This document shows, piece by piece, positions 1 to 14,636 of a DNA stretch of 64,000 nucleotides. The stretch is from Tubiluchus corallicola. Its lineage: Eukaryota; Animalia; Priapulida. Made by a program: the position numbers and the translations under genes. The number at the start of each line of letters is the position of its first letter. The first letter of the stretch is position 1. The stretch is from positions 186,001 to 250,000 of the forward strand of contig JAQGDQ010000213.1 in assembly GCA_030141605.1 (NCBI GenBank). Reading direction: 5' to 3'. Under the pieces are notes generated by a model. The model did not search any database. It saw nothing but the letters and a program-made list of their open reading frames with translations, and had not been told where the DNA came from.

Positions 1-2544
1 TTATACTGAAAACTGGTGAATTTAACTGAATTAACTTGATAAACTGGTGCAAAATTAAGTTAACTTTTTTGAATTTGCAAATAAGAAAAATAAAGAAGTA
101 AACAATGGGCTTAAACCAAGCGTTTTGCACCAAAGCCCCAGTTTCCAAGTTCAAACATTATAAAAGTTACAAAAGTAAAACTTGAACGTAAGTGTCAAAA
201 ATCAACATGCATTGTCGCGTAGAAAGAATTAAGATCCCCAAGCAATTGTCAGTGAAAATAGAAAAAATATAGAGTAGAATCAGTATTTAGTACGAAAGCG
301 CAATACAATCTAATGGCAAAAGATTGGAAATAACCAGATTTTTTTATAATCGTATGGCAAAAAATTTGGTGATAACTTGATTTTATTGTAATGGGATATA
401 ATGACACTAATGCGCTTTCGTAATTTGGGAAAAACAAAAAACAAAAATTTTAACTTCGAAACGATATTGTTATGGCAATTAGAAAATGTTTATATATTGT
501 CAACAATATATTTGTTCAGTGCAAATTACAAGGATAAGTAAAAATATTAAATGTGCCATCAGTTCAACTCAAGATATTATAGCAAATGGAAAGGCAATAT
601 TTGAGTTACACGCCAACATTATACTTCATATTTTCTAAGGAAATAGTTATTCTACTTAATGAAAGCCTACATTCCAATAGTCCAACATTACAATACTTAA
701 GAAAATATTACTACAGACAATAATCTTTGGTGTAAAAAACTAATCAATGACACAGCAGTTAAGACCCTTCCGAAACTACGCGATTTCGTTGATTTATCAG
801 AGATTATCACCGTATTATGCCAAATAATCGGTGTGGTCTAGTAAACCGAATTATATGGATGACTTGATTAGAAAGTCAATGTCACGAGCAGCGAACAATG
901 CAAAATCTCGTACGCAATCATGCTAAATCAGCATACCTAATAGTGTTGAAAATAGTTAAAAACTAACGACTGAAAAGCACCTAAGTCGCAAATTTTTTTC
1001 AATAAAAATCAAAAATTTAATTTAAATTGTCGACAAATCGCGAGCATAAGTACTTATTCATTTTCGACACTGCGTGGCTATTTGGACTTTTGACAGCTAC
1101 ACAAATGGACAGAATAGTATCGTTTCTCTTAAAAACATTTTTTATTTTTAACTTAAGAGAACAACAGTAGGTGTTTGCATACTCACAGAGTCTTGCGAGC
1201 CATTTATCTTTGCAATTAACGAAAACAAAATCGTTTTGAAAAGATGGTAACGAGAGCTCCTACAGACAAATATATTGCTTTATATTTTTGTAGGCAAAAT
1301 GAAAAGCACAGCTATAAAATAAAACGACACAGTTGTAAGGAAACTTTGAAGTGGCGCTTGCTGAAGAGTCTTGGTTTATGACACTTTTACAATTGTAAAT
1401 GTTGCGGGCACTTGCGACTATTGAAAATAACGTAACTTCTTTCCAAATTTAATTGAAATAAAGTATACAGTTGCTACACACCAAGAGTCATTGAACGCTA
1501 TAAAATATTCAACTCTTTCTGTCAGATATTATGACCGTTGTGAGTTTTCCTGACCGTCCAATAGGACAACCTGCCCATGGGTTATGTCGTAGTGCAAAAA
1601 TTAGGTTGAAAGACTAAACAGTAAGAATATCTCTGAAACGATATGCATTTGCAGTCTTTGGAAACAATTTTTCAAAGTTTACGCCACAGATATAAAAAAT
1701 GAATGCATTGCTACTTTTGTGCAATACCATACTAATATTAAAAACCATTAAACTATTTGTAAAATATTTAAAGTTTTGTCAATTACAACATTGAAAATAA
1801 GCAGCTCGATTCTCAAACTAACATATGTCATGAAAGTTATGCTTTGAAGAAATGTGTAATTGTCTTATGATTTATTTGTTTTATCTTTCGAACTTGACAT
1901 CCCGTGAGCCCAAGTATTCAACATATCCAACACATGGTATTTTAATTTCTCAAATTTAATGACTCATAAAGGGAGATAACATGCACACCAAGATAAAACT
2001 TTATAGTTTTAAAATACTAACATGTTTCTGAAGTTCATGTTAAACGACGCAAAAAATTGTAATTATAAAGTATTGTCTATACTTTATAGGACGACAACTA
2101 CATATTATATGATAGTAATTAGGCCTAATCTAAAGTTCACGCTATTGTGTAAGACAAAGTGAATTAATAATAGCTATAAAACACTAATTGCCAAAGAATA
2201 GTAGTTCTTAACTGTATTCATACCTAGTCTATTATAATTTACTTATAGCTTTATATTGATGTTTCCAAGTGTGAAAGACTCACGACTTGTTATAATAACT
2301 AGATAATTAGAGTTTATTACAAAAAGTAGCCTTATTATTACATGGGTAAAATTTACATAATTATACAGTTAGGCTATTCATTTCATGAGTGCATTACTTC
2401 GCTTGCTTACGACATTTCACACGAGGAGTAGCTAGAACATTATTATCTGAATTGTTATTGTCAGAATCAAAATCAATACCATACTTATTGTCATTAATAT
2501 TACGAATTGTTGTTAATTACACAATTATTTTAAAATTAGCTCTA

Positions 2545-2910
<366 letters not shown>

Positions 2911-5699
2911 TGAAGTTAGTGATCCGAAGTCTTCATCAGTGATGTCTGTGCACAGTTTATAAATATTATGTGTTGTCTGTTTGTACGAATCCATGAGGGA
3001 ATAATCTGTGTTCTCAGGAAAGCAGATAAAATACAAAACCAAGACATGGCAGTGCATCAGCATCTAAAACAAATTTGTGATATACGTTTTCGTTAGATGG
3101 ATATCAAGCTTCTCAAATGCCCTATTTTCCTTTGGTAGATGAATTTCTCAATGCGTTACCTTCAAAGAACAGTAAGTAAGATTCACATCTCAAGTAACTT
3201 CATGAAACAAGAATGTATCTACTTGCTTATTATGTAAGCCCTACCTTAGCCAAAGGGTCCAATAAAAACGCACGAAGTAATTCCTTAAATACGGGAGAAA
3301 ATTAGGTTCGAATACACTAAATCTTATCTGACATGCATCTGCAATGCGCAATATGTTCCTCCATCAAATACTATGATTTTGGCACAACATTAGAGACGAA
3401 AATCATAGAATACTGCCACATAACACCATAGAGCTGTATTCACATCTATTTAGCCACGATAACGGCAACTGCTGTGGCAAACCTTCCGGGGTAAATAATG
3501 TGGCCGGATTACTGGTTCCAAATACAATATCAACGACTAATTCAATTATAAGATTATTGCCGGATAAGCCCTTCCGTTTTCATTCCCGTATGAATGTGAG
3601 CCCGTTTAAAGTATATTTTTGTAACAGTTGTTAGAGTACATTTTAGTGTTGCCAGCAGAGATTATCAGCCACTTAACAGGTAACTTTTACTTTCAGTTTC
3701 ATGCAGGTTACTGTCACTGTTTACAGGTAATGCAACGCTGATTTTGCTCAGCCGTCTGCATGATCTAGCCGCTAGGCGCACATACCAAAACGCGGAATAA
3801 GTACGTCATAAATAGCTAGATTACCGTCAGTGGTATGTTAGAGCAAAAGTGCTCTCTTTAGTGTGCTTGCCTGTTGATTGGATTACACATTACGTAATAC
3901 AGGTGTGCATCGTTACACATAATTACATTGATGTATTGATTATTTTCATTATCGCGTTTAATATCTTTAGAGCTTGTTTGATGAATTGTTGCTGTTGTGA
4001 TTCTGCTTTCTTACAATCGTCGTGTGTGCATTTGGGATGCTGCTGCACGTTGCTAAGGTCATAAGTTGAGGTAAAATAGAAAAGGAAAAATGGCTTGGTT
4101 TAGCCTAAGATTAATTTTCGCAAAAACTAAATCCTAGCTTTGCTTGGTAATTAGATGAATGGAAACTGGTATTTCTGCCTTTTGTCATTTTTTTGTTCCA
4201 GATGAAATATACCTCATATACTTTCAAAGGTCGGGCTTTTTTGTAAGCTACTTGCAAGTTTTTGGGAAATTATAGTCATATCTAGTCTTTAACATCAAGT
4301 TTCACATCATTTTTGTAAGGGCCCATTGCTGTTAAAAGCAATTTTGAGAAAGAAAGTAAGAGACCCTTGATTAAAATGACTTGTGAGAAATGTGAAGTAA
4401 CATGTGAAGAGACTGAATAAAAGTTAAGACATAATTATAAGCGCGTATTAAGTCAAGAAAAATGGGATGTCACTTATTCAGGTTTGATTGATTACTGACT
4501 GAAAGTTTAATAATGTCATAAATCAAATTGGTACTGCTATGTGAAAACGAACACGCTGTAACACTCAACAAGACTTTACCGTTGGAAGCATTCGAAACGA
4601 AATTTTGCTGCTTAACAAAAACACAAATTGAATAAAAATGGCAGATACAAAAGGTTAGAAATGAATTTAGATGTTTGGTCTTTTCTAACAGAGACAATAA
4701 CAAATAGTAGCAACGGTGCTTTTTTTAATGTTGTCAATATGAAAGCGCAAAACGGACAAATAATAAAAGGCATTTTAATTTATTACGTTTCTGTCAAAAA
4801 ATTTTTGGGTTTCGATTTAATATGATAAGAATATTTCATACTAATAGTTGGAGACACAAAATGCGAAGACTATTGCTACATTCACAATGTGCATTGCGCA
4901 TAGTTCAAGCGCCAATGCCACAAATAAATTTTTGCATGCTGCCTAAAACAATGTTTATTGCCAAGAACAGTAATTATTTTGGTTTTAAACTGTATAACCA
5001 CCCAACGTGAAAAGTGAAAGCCTAATCACAAAAGTACGTTTGCTTATTGTCGCTCCAGTAACTTTGAACTTAATTACAGATTTCTTAACTAGACGGTTTG
5101 GTTCAACTTTCAAACTGCCGTGATATGGGTACCCGCATTTTTTGTTTATCTCTGTTTATTTTTTAGCGTATTAAAAGTGAAGATGATGGTTACTGAGAAG
5201 AATAAGTCACAATTTTTAGAACTTCGTTACTGTTTCTGTAGTCTGTACTACCTTTGAAAGAAACGCAGGGAAAGATGAACCGAAAACTCCAAAAGTTTAT
5301 AAAGAGCGTAAACGATTCACTAGCATTGTTTCGAAACATTTTTTTTCTTTCTGGGCTACAAGTACGGTATCCGAAAACTACCACGCAGAAGGGTTTATAG
5401 AGCTTAAATCGCAAATTTAATTAAAAAATCTTTTATTTCATGAGTGCTTAACACCGTATTACATACACAAACCCGCTCTACAGCGGTGTACACTGCGTTG
5501 TGCATTCTCTTTAAAACATTTATGGATTTGGCTCAAATCGACTTTGCATGCTTTCACTTTTCGATAATTGTGAAACCTTTTGACCCGCCGTCTTAATTGC
5601 ATGAGACGTTTATTGCCGCGTAAAGGGAGTGAAAGTGAGTGTTAGCAAAATTTATCGTTTTGTTCGAAAAATTCAAGCTGGCAGGGTATTGTAAAGAAC

Positions 5700-6520
5700 A
5701 TCGTAGTAAACTATATGACGATCAGACAAACTCACGGCAGACGTAGAAACCCGTTTAAACATCTTTGATAGTTCAGTGTCGCTTTAACGGACGGATTAGT
5801 TTTGTTTAATCGGGGTCCGGTCCAACCACAAATCCCTATAATCGTCATCAAGTAGGCTTGCGGTAGAATAAAAACTATCGTACAAATGCCGTAGCCAAAC
5901 TCTTAAACGAAAAATTATATATCTGTAGCATGTGATGTTTAAAATCTGCGCCAAGATTTGAAAAATTTGTCAAAAGTAAAAAAAAACAATGAGCTATAAA
6001 GGAATCAGTTCTCACAGAAGTAGAGCAAAATTAACTGTAACATCTACCTAGACAAGCAAAGATCTGACAAATTCAGCATACCCTGATTGATGCCACTGCG
6101 TTAGATTCAAGGTCTTAGTGTTTTTCACAAAGTTTGACACAACTGCCATATACCAAAATAAACAGCGGGTGAGTGAAAATCTACCTTAACACGTATCACT
6201 TTCAAAATGTAGCAGTATGGAAAATTGTATCATTATTTGACGCTCTGCCTAGTTTACAGGATCACCATCCACCTGCTCAGCATTAATGAAAATCCAATTA
6301 CGGCTCTAGAAAGTAAAGATCTTCCTTGTTTGGACATTTATCACAGCATCCACCAATGAACTTGTGGCATTCGCATTGACATTTCTGGTGATTTCCATTA
6401 CTCAACCAAGAAAATGTTTGAATTTCATTATCGCTCAGCTATGATAAATCATCAGTCTCCAAACTGGATTTTGATCAAGGCCATTGCGAAACACCTTGAT
6501 TAATCGAAAAGGCGAACGCG
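5700..6520 (-). mobile_element. Heavily decayed RTE-like LINE reverse-transcriptase remnant
   Basis: On the minus strand and in the expected order: FSINQGVSQ (GVRQG-like, ~6500), FINAE (GLxINxxK-like, ~6290), ILLYFCEN* (LLYGCETW-like, ~6020), QILNIT (~5940). Many stops and frameshifts. Confidence 0.45.
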
Positions 6521-9229
6521 CAGGCTTGACAGCATGATATTTCAGCGTTTCAACACTTTTTTACGTTTTGTTTGAATTATAGCGTCAAAGCGTGTATTCC
6601 TGCCGCGGCTATTCTGTCTTTAATTGGCTTTGAAGTAGAACGAGTGAAGATGTAAGCATGTAAGCAATCAATCTCTGGATGTAGATTTTCCTCAAGATAC
6701 TTTCTCGTGTTTTTTAATTTATCAAAACTATATATTTAAACTTGAGAACTTGAGAAGCGTTACAAAGTCCGTATGTCAGTCTTTTATACATATGAAATGC
6801 TTTCGGTTAATTACATATGGATGGCAGTTCTATCTTTTCCAAGGCAAAAAGATAATATCGAAATTCTGCTCCAAATAAAATTCTTAACTGGGTTTTATTT
6901 AGTTTTTTTTTGTTTTGGGTTTTGGATGAAGTCAATCTGACGTTTCGACCTAGTGAAAACAGCAACTCATTGGTATGTACAACCTAGCAATTAATGTGAG
7001 TCCATTTTGGTAGGTCTTTACCACAGGTCGCAAGCTTGCAACAATACACTACAAGCTCTCACAACAAAAGCCTCGAATAAACGAACTTTCACTAGCAGTG
7101 CTACATCTTATTCACGAACTTTGAAATTGGGTGTTATCATGTTGTAGTGAATTCTTTCGTATTATTTAATTGTAACTTCTGAACATGAGTACTATCTGAA
7201 GTGTACAGCTGTATTATCAGCTTATTTTTGTATTTTGTTAATGAGGAGTCAGCAAGATTATTCATTCTGATAATATAGGTGCCCTTAAACTATGAAAGTC
7301 GCCGGGTTTTTATGACGATGAAAGATAAAAAATTATGTGCGAATTAGCGTGTGAGAATGATTTCTTTATATTTTGTTGGTGTATATCATTTTCTTTGTTT
7401 TTTTTAGTTTTTTGGCTAATTTTGTCAGTGTTTGTTGCCACATTGACCGCTTATTTATTTCTACTGACATTTTTGTTTGACATTTTTGCCAGTTTTTCTT
7501 TGTAGTTTGTTGACTGGTCTAGGTTCAAATTGTACTCTGTAATTTTGTCTACTTGAAATAAGTTACTTAACATTGCTCATTTGTCAGTTAAGACTTACAA
7601 GTGAGTCGGCTCTGTCCACTCTTTGTAATTTTCCTGCAGTCTTTTTAGTTTGCTTAACCGATGGGCCATTGTCTGTACTTTGTTTAGCCGATTGTAAAAA
7701 TAACAGGAGTACCGTATCAGGGTTACAACTTTCCCACCAGGGGATTTAGACAAATTTTATGGCCCATTTGGTTTGTGTTCCAAAATTATTAGCTATGGGT
7801 GAAAGGTTGTCGAACAAAGGTCTAAGTGTCGGTTTTCCCACCCGAATCCGAGGATCGTAAATCGTTGAAGACATTTAGATATGAGAATCGCTTGCCTTCG
7901 TGCAAAAGCCAAAAGAATTTCTTCGAAGGTAATCGTGAAAAGAAGAGTAGGCAGGTATTCTGTCCATTGACTAATAACTCGGAATGACTGTCATTATTTA
8001 CCCGCAGTGACACGGTGCGACCTTGAGATAGAAAAGCTAGTTTTAACCACAGTTATAGTGACGTGGTCACAAGATGTAAGCAAGTTTCGGTACATTTCGA
8101 ATTACAGTTCTCGCAGGCATAAAGAATCAGGCACGATTTCCAGGGAAGTTAGAACTCGAGTTGCTACACACTTCCGACAAGCCGTCAGCTAATCGACCAA
8201 GGCAACTTGAATGTACAGACGCGATTATGCTGAATGTATCGTACGTTTTCAAAACGACACGAAGTGCTTATTGAAACCTTTAACGCGTTATCAAGCCAAG
8301 CCTGTATTTTAGAGACTGTCTAAAAGTGCATTTAATTCCTTCAAATTTCGACTTTTAAAGCCCACGCCTATTCCATTCGGAGTTTGCTTTATTGCACCGT
8401 TAGTGTTGTTAACTTGGTCCTTGTACTTGGTTTGTCTTTTTGTCAATTAAACATGTCCTACTGGGTATAATGGTTGATGCTCAAGCATCTTGCTGGTTCG
8501 AAATTCTGTAAGCTATTTACTCTTTTCGTTCAATAGTCAAACTAGACCTTCTTAACCATCGTCTAGTGTCAAATTACTGCTAAGTGGTGCTATAAAAAAG
8601 AGCTTAACTGCCTTTGAGCAAGTATCTCAAGTTTATGTTACACCTGTCTGTGTTTTTTACTTCTAAGTTATCAGTCCTTTGTTGGCTTTTATTGTTCCAA
8701 AAATGACAAGCCGTTGCTTAAACTGGCATTTGCTGTGTTTTAAACAGAAAAATCTTGTTGAATGATCGTGAGTCAGTTGTATTACTTACAAAACAGCGAA
8801 ATTGTTTTTACTGCACTGAATTCAATGTTACCATCAAGCTTGTTCAAAATTTCCAATAAAATCTTAATATCGTCGTTAAGAGTCATTAAAATACGTTTAG
8901 ACAGCCAGGCAGCTAAATAGTTACGTAATTGTTATCTGCTTTTGTTTATCTCTATTTGGACTAACTGTGTTCACTATCTGTGCCAATGATTAATAAGCGA
9001 CAATAAACTAGAAGATAGCTAGCTAGAAACCACTAATGTTTTATATCAACGATAGTTAGCAAGTTTTCAATTACTGTCTAGACAAGAGTCTGTAATTAGA
9101 TTTTTTGCAACTAGATTGGAGTTCACACTTAATTTGGTTTGGTAAGCATAATATCAGCATGAATAGCAAGAAAAAATTAACAAAGAAATAAAAACAAGTA
9201 GAATTTAATACTTATTCGTTCACTAGTAC

Positions 9230-9660
9230 GTCCTTCCTTCTTTTCTTTGCTCATTTCTTTATTTGGTCACTTGATCATTCACCTGTTTATTCTTTCATTC
9301 ATTCTTTAGTTCATCTGTTTGATTTTTTATTCGTTCCCTCGTTTCGTTCGTTTGTTTTGTCAGTTATGTTTCGTTTGCTCTTTCGTTCCTCCATTCATCG
9401 TTCCGTTGTTGTAAACTATTCTGACATTCACCCATCTACCTATTTATTTTTCATTTCTTATTTTCCTTAGTTTCAATTTTAGCCATACGTTCTCTATCAG
9501 CTCACTCAATAATTTTTCATTCATTTGTTCATTCGTTTATTCATTCGTTTGTCGCTTGATGACTTCGTTCCTTCCATCTTTCCTTTTTCTTTTTTTCGTT
9601 CTCTAGCTCGTTCGTTCGTTCATCTATCCATTTATTCATTTATTCGTTCATTCATTCGAC
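9230..9660. repeat. Degenerate (TTCA/TTCG)n low-complexity tract
   Basis: Many ttcattc/ttcgttc units. Confidence 0.75.
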
Positions 9661-12600
9661 CTCAGAAACACCGCAATCGTTTTTCAGCCTTCGTTATTAT
9701 TTACGTTGTAAATGATGCTGATATTCGGTTTTTCTTAAACAATCTTGACTGATGATATAGGTGAGAGACCACACCCAAACAGCTCCTGTGGATGCATGTT
9801 TCATGCAAACCCTCACATCAACAACTTGGTCATTGGTTACAGGCATTGGCAAATTGGGATAAGGACGACTTGTTCATTTATAATTACTGGCCATTAATCA
9901 GTGAAGTTCTAGAACTGGCAACTGTTGCGCTAGTTACAGTTTCCTCTTCTCACCTTGACATTCTTCCCGCAATCCCTTCGGATGAGGTAAGATTTATAGT
10001 TTCATGGCTGCCGGGGACGCCCTAGTTCTAAGACTAAATGTTACAGAAAGATAAATGTTACAGAATTTCTGGCTCAGAATATTGGCCATCGCGGGGAAAA
10101 ATGAGGCAAAAGAAATTTGAGACAGTTTGCTATTAGGGAGGGAAAATTGATGATTCATGGTTATAATTAATTTTGGTATATATATCTTGCGACTTTTGTC
10201 TATAAAATGGTGTGTTGTTTACAATTTTCCCGTTTTTTGACATTTTCTTGTGGTTTGGATTAGCTTTGTGGATCACGGTTCTCGACTTATTTTTTGCACG
10301 TTTTGCATTATTTTGCACAACAAGAAAAGGCTCCTTTCCGGTAGCAAATTTTGAAAGCGGAAAAACTAGGAATATCAGATGCACTGCACTAAAGTGATGA
10401 AATGAAAAACTACACAAGAAAGCTATATTAAAGTTTAATGTCAGACTCTTCACTAAAGTGCGTCTGTAAATCGCTGTTACCTATTGCAAAATTGCAAGTA
10501 TTGTTGAGATTCAAAGAACTGATTGGCAATTCACAGTGACCCAGCTCTTAAAGATCTCCTACCCTACTTTAGTTGTACATTTTTTCGCACACACTCAAGA
10601 CAGCCCAAATAATTACAGCCTTTCAAAAATGAAACTAGAATGTTTGGCAGGCTTAGTAACTTTATTTTTACAAGTTGTTGTAAAAACTTTCCATTTTCAC
10701 TTTCAGTGGTTATTTAGTTCAAATGGAAAATTTACGTGTCTATATAATGTTAGTAATATTTGCGCAAACACGTGTGCGTTGAACTTACGGTTTTTCGCTT
10801 ACTAAAGTATTGCAAGTTATAGCCATTAAACACAAAGTAGTAAGCAGTGAACAAATTTTCCTTCAATGTTTTAATCTGAAATTGCGTGCTACCATTCACT
10901 GCAACCTTTTTGTTTTCGTGAACGTGTCAGTTACTTTCACATTATTTTTTATAGCTTCAATTTTGTGACATGCGGGATTTCCAACAGAAAGCGCTCACAG
11001 AAATCGCTTATTGGACGTATAATAAATGTGCATAATAACTTGACAACCAGGCTTATTATAGGTTATTCTGCGGCCTGTTGTCGTCATATTTTTGTAATCA
11101 CATCTGGTAAACACATCTATAAAGGATCCAAAACATGTCAAACTGCCTGCAGTTTTTATGAGGAAATTATACTTTGTTCAGGTTTATGAATTTTAATAAT
11201 ATCCTAGTAGTTCTTCACTGGCATAGTTCAGTTTAAATAATTTTACAAGCAGTTCTGTGACAGCCTTTCGTCATTAGCATAGTTTGCTGGCCAGAATTAA
11301 GCTCACAAAAAACCGTTGTACTTTTTGTACGCTTTTGTCTTATACCTCACTTTCTACGAATATAACTGCTACATACTAGTACATTCTCTCATTTCTATAT
11401 TTAGGACGTAGGTTTCGAATGACACTTGTCAATGTTGTAAGCTCTTTTTGTGACTGTGTCTCGGGCTGGCTATCCCCGTAGGACGTTTTCTTGTATCTGA
11501 ACATGCATTTATTTTTGTCTCGTTAGCCATAAAAGATGCTTTTCTGACTTCTTACTTTGTGTGCCGCTTGCTGTCTCTTGTATTTGCTTGAGTCAGTTTG
11601 ATTGATCTTTTTTACATTATCCAGCTCATTTATTTAGGGCACAAATTACGCAGCAAGGCAAAGAGTTGCATACTTTATAATGGGTTATTTTTCCGACATG
11701 AAAAATAAACGTAAAGTAAGGAAGTTTTGCCTATTTACATGTACAAATTTTCCCCATTTCTCAATTTTGTATTCAGTGTCCACAGTTATATTTAATGGCA
11801 CCAGTTCACTTTTTACTTTTGGATTGAAATATTGAATTTTCTCGAATTTTGCCATAGCAGGATCAACAAGCTGTTTATCGTGACTCTCTTTTTTCTGCAT
11901 AGCTTATTCTGTATATGGCTTGTATTCTGCATTGTAAAGTTTAATAAAAAGAGAGTATTTCAACATCTGCCATGTGTTACCAAGAATTTATAGTTATCAC
12001 AGAAATTACAATAAAACTGTAAGTTTTGTCTCTAACAGCAAATACAGAGGTTATTATGAGCTTTACGGTCAGGAGAGAGTACAGTGCTAGGGTCATTGTG
12101 ACATGAAGTCATGGCTGAAGAATTAGACAGCGCAAAACTTTTGAAACTTCAACGGTCATGCTATATTATCGTAAGATTTTCATACCAAAACTATGTGTGT
12201 TTACCGGAACCTTATAAAACTATGTACACTTCTCAGTGATGCCATTCTGGCAGTAATGCGTTTGAAGCGTATAGTTGAGTGTGCATCGGGCAGGAGAATT
12301 ATCCGATATCATGCACTACAAAAAATCCAGAAGTTTACCTACACAGTAAAGCCCAGAGCCGCAGTTGGTGATTGTTATTACAAAACAAACAGGCCTGCAT
12401 TATGTCACACTTTCAAAATGCACCGCCGAAAAACATGGAATTCGAAATTTTCAACAGAATAGTGAAACCGATCATTAACATACCTATCCTCAGGCCAATT
12501 TTAGATGCCGTAACAAACAGTTTTTATTCAGATGTCAAGGCAGCGCCTTATTTGTGAAGTACAGTAGATGATAATTAATTTCCCATTTGCCACAACTTAA

Positions 12601-14444
12601 ACTTGACTTTAAAATTAACGTCTTACTGGCAAGAAGTCTTTTGTGAGCTTGCGTTACACTACGCATAAAGACTACACATCTGAGCCTTGCTCAGGAATTT
12701 CGATTATTTTTACGTTCTTGCTTTTCGTGACCTTTCATACGTCACTGTAATTGGAATTACATCATAAACATGTGATTTTGTTTATTTATATATTGATGTT
12801 GTTATTATTTTTGCGGCTACTTTGTGAATAGACAAAGAACATTAAATTTTCACCCTTCAACTTCAAATAGATGGCCGGGTGTATAAGTAGACTAACCACG
12901 AAAAAGAGTTTTGACCGTCCACATGTATTATGAGTAAACGTGATGAGTTTGATTGGAAAGTTTGCTTTCGAGTTCAGTATTGCAAATAAAAGAATGAGTG
13001 TGACTGGCTTGGAAAACGGTTAGCGTAGTATGAATATGGTTTCATATATATGAGTACATATTGTTGACACCAGCCGGTTTTGTGTTTAGGATACATTCTT
13101 TTATGATTATATGAAACTGTTGCAGCAACAAATTCTTCTGGAATGTGCCCCGACGTAGTCAATGGAAGACATGGTCTGGAACTGTAGGTATATAGGCCTT
13201 ACTCTTAAGAAAACGAATCTAGTTTGAGAAAAATGAGTCTTGCTAAGCTGAGTATTTCTGTGGTTTCACAATCTAAATTTTCTATTCTGTTCCCATGTCA
13301 GTTTTCGTAAAATAGTTTGCAAAATAAGCAGTTTTTCAGCCTGAATTTTTTGGAAGCAGCCATCAGGCCTAAATAAACTTTTTATAAATTCGCTATAGCG
13401 AATTTGTATCTAATAGAAATTATTACAAGAAACTCCAAGCCTGTACTTTAACTGTTTTATCAACTATATTATCATATAAGTCTGACAGACATGTAAACCC
13501 TTTCGTCTAATAATACTTGGGTTATTAAGTAGGACATTATTGACGAAACAGATATTTTGGATTATAAGTGTGGTCTCTATGTGTGTGTGCTTTAGTCTTA
13601 TCTTCGCATTTTCTGCAACTTGCTGAACAATTAAAAATTTGTTCAAGGTCCTCTGCGTCTTAGAGTCTTTATTCAATATCTTTATAGAATTAAAACGAAA
13701 CAGTCAACCACCATAGTGTGAACTCGCGCGTTTAGATAAATGGCGGATTATGGTTAATAATCGTCGCGGTCTCGCAAATTTGTGCACGTAAACTGCTGTA
13801 TATTGCAAGATTTCTTGCCAGGAATGTGTAAAGACCGTTACTTCAGTCAACAATGATTTCCATTTTTATTTTTATACAGTGAGTCACAAAATTATTCACG
13901 ATATGATTTTAATATCTGCAGCGTAGGTTTAACGGTTGGGGAGTTCCCAGTAACTTTCCTAGGAGTGAGCAGTCCTAAGAGAAACAATGCAATATGCTTT
14001 CCAAAACCAGTCCTGCGACCATGCTAAACCAATCCTTGCAAGAAACTTGATTCTGTTTCTTTAACATTCAATGTACAATATCTGATGGCTTCTACAGGGT
14101 GAATAAAAAGTTTTTGCAGGCTTCATGATAGCAAGCGAGTCCATCGGAAGGCATCTTCACTCCCAACCAATGCCTGACAGTTATTTTTGCAACAATTCAC
14201 TTTAAAAGTCATGACTATACCATCGCCTGAAACACACAAAATCGCTCGGGTATTATAACAACTTTCAAAATTCGGGGTAAAACTCAGCTAGTGGAAATGG
14301 ACAGGTACAAAACTATCCAATTCTAAAAATTTCTCTTGCTTAAGAAGACTTTTAAGTAAAATATTGTATTGCCTCCCGAACGCAAAATAATTCATATGTT
14401 CTTTAAATTTGGTCGCATTAACTTTTTTGATACTTTGTTTATAG

Positions 14445-14636
14445 GTACAAGACTGGCAAACCTTGAAAATCTAAACAGCAGCTGTTCAGCGTCAGAACAA
14501 AAAGTTACCTAAAAGTTACAATCAAGAGTTACATAGAACCAAACTCAAATCTGAGAGTGTAACTAGTAGATGATCTGCAGGGCACACGAAAAGGAACACT
14601 AATTACAAGATAACCACGATGAATCTGAGCACAAAG
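14445..14636 (+). other. Putative start-codon exon of the LRR gene (5'UTR plus MNLSTK)
   Basis: Acceptor tactttgtttatag|G at 14444/14445 and strong donor AAG|gtaaga at 14636/14637. ATG 14619 in accacgATG context. A phase-0 join to 24735 completes a signal peptide with a basic n-region. Confidence 0.65.

Noticed and set aside
8460-8515. tRNA-like A/B boxes (also ~54225)
   Set aside because: Too degenerate and no cloverleaf; at most old SINE debris.
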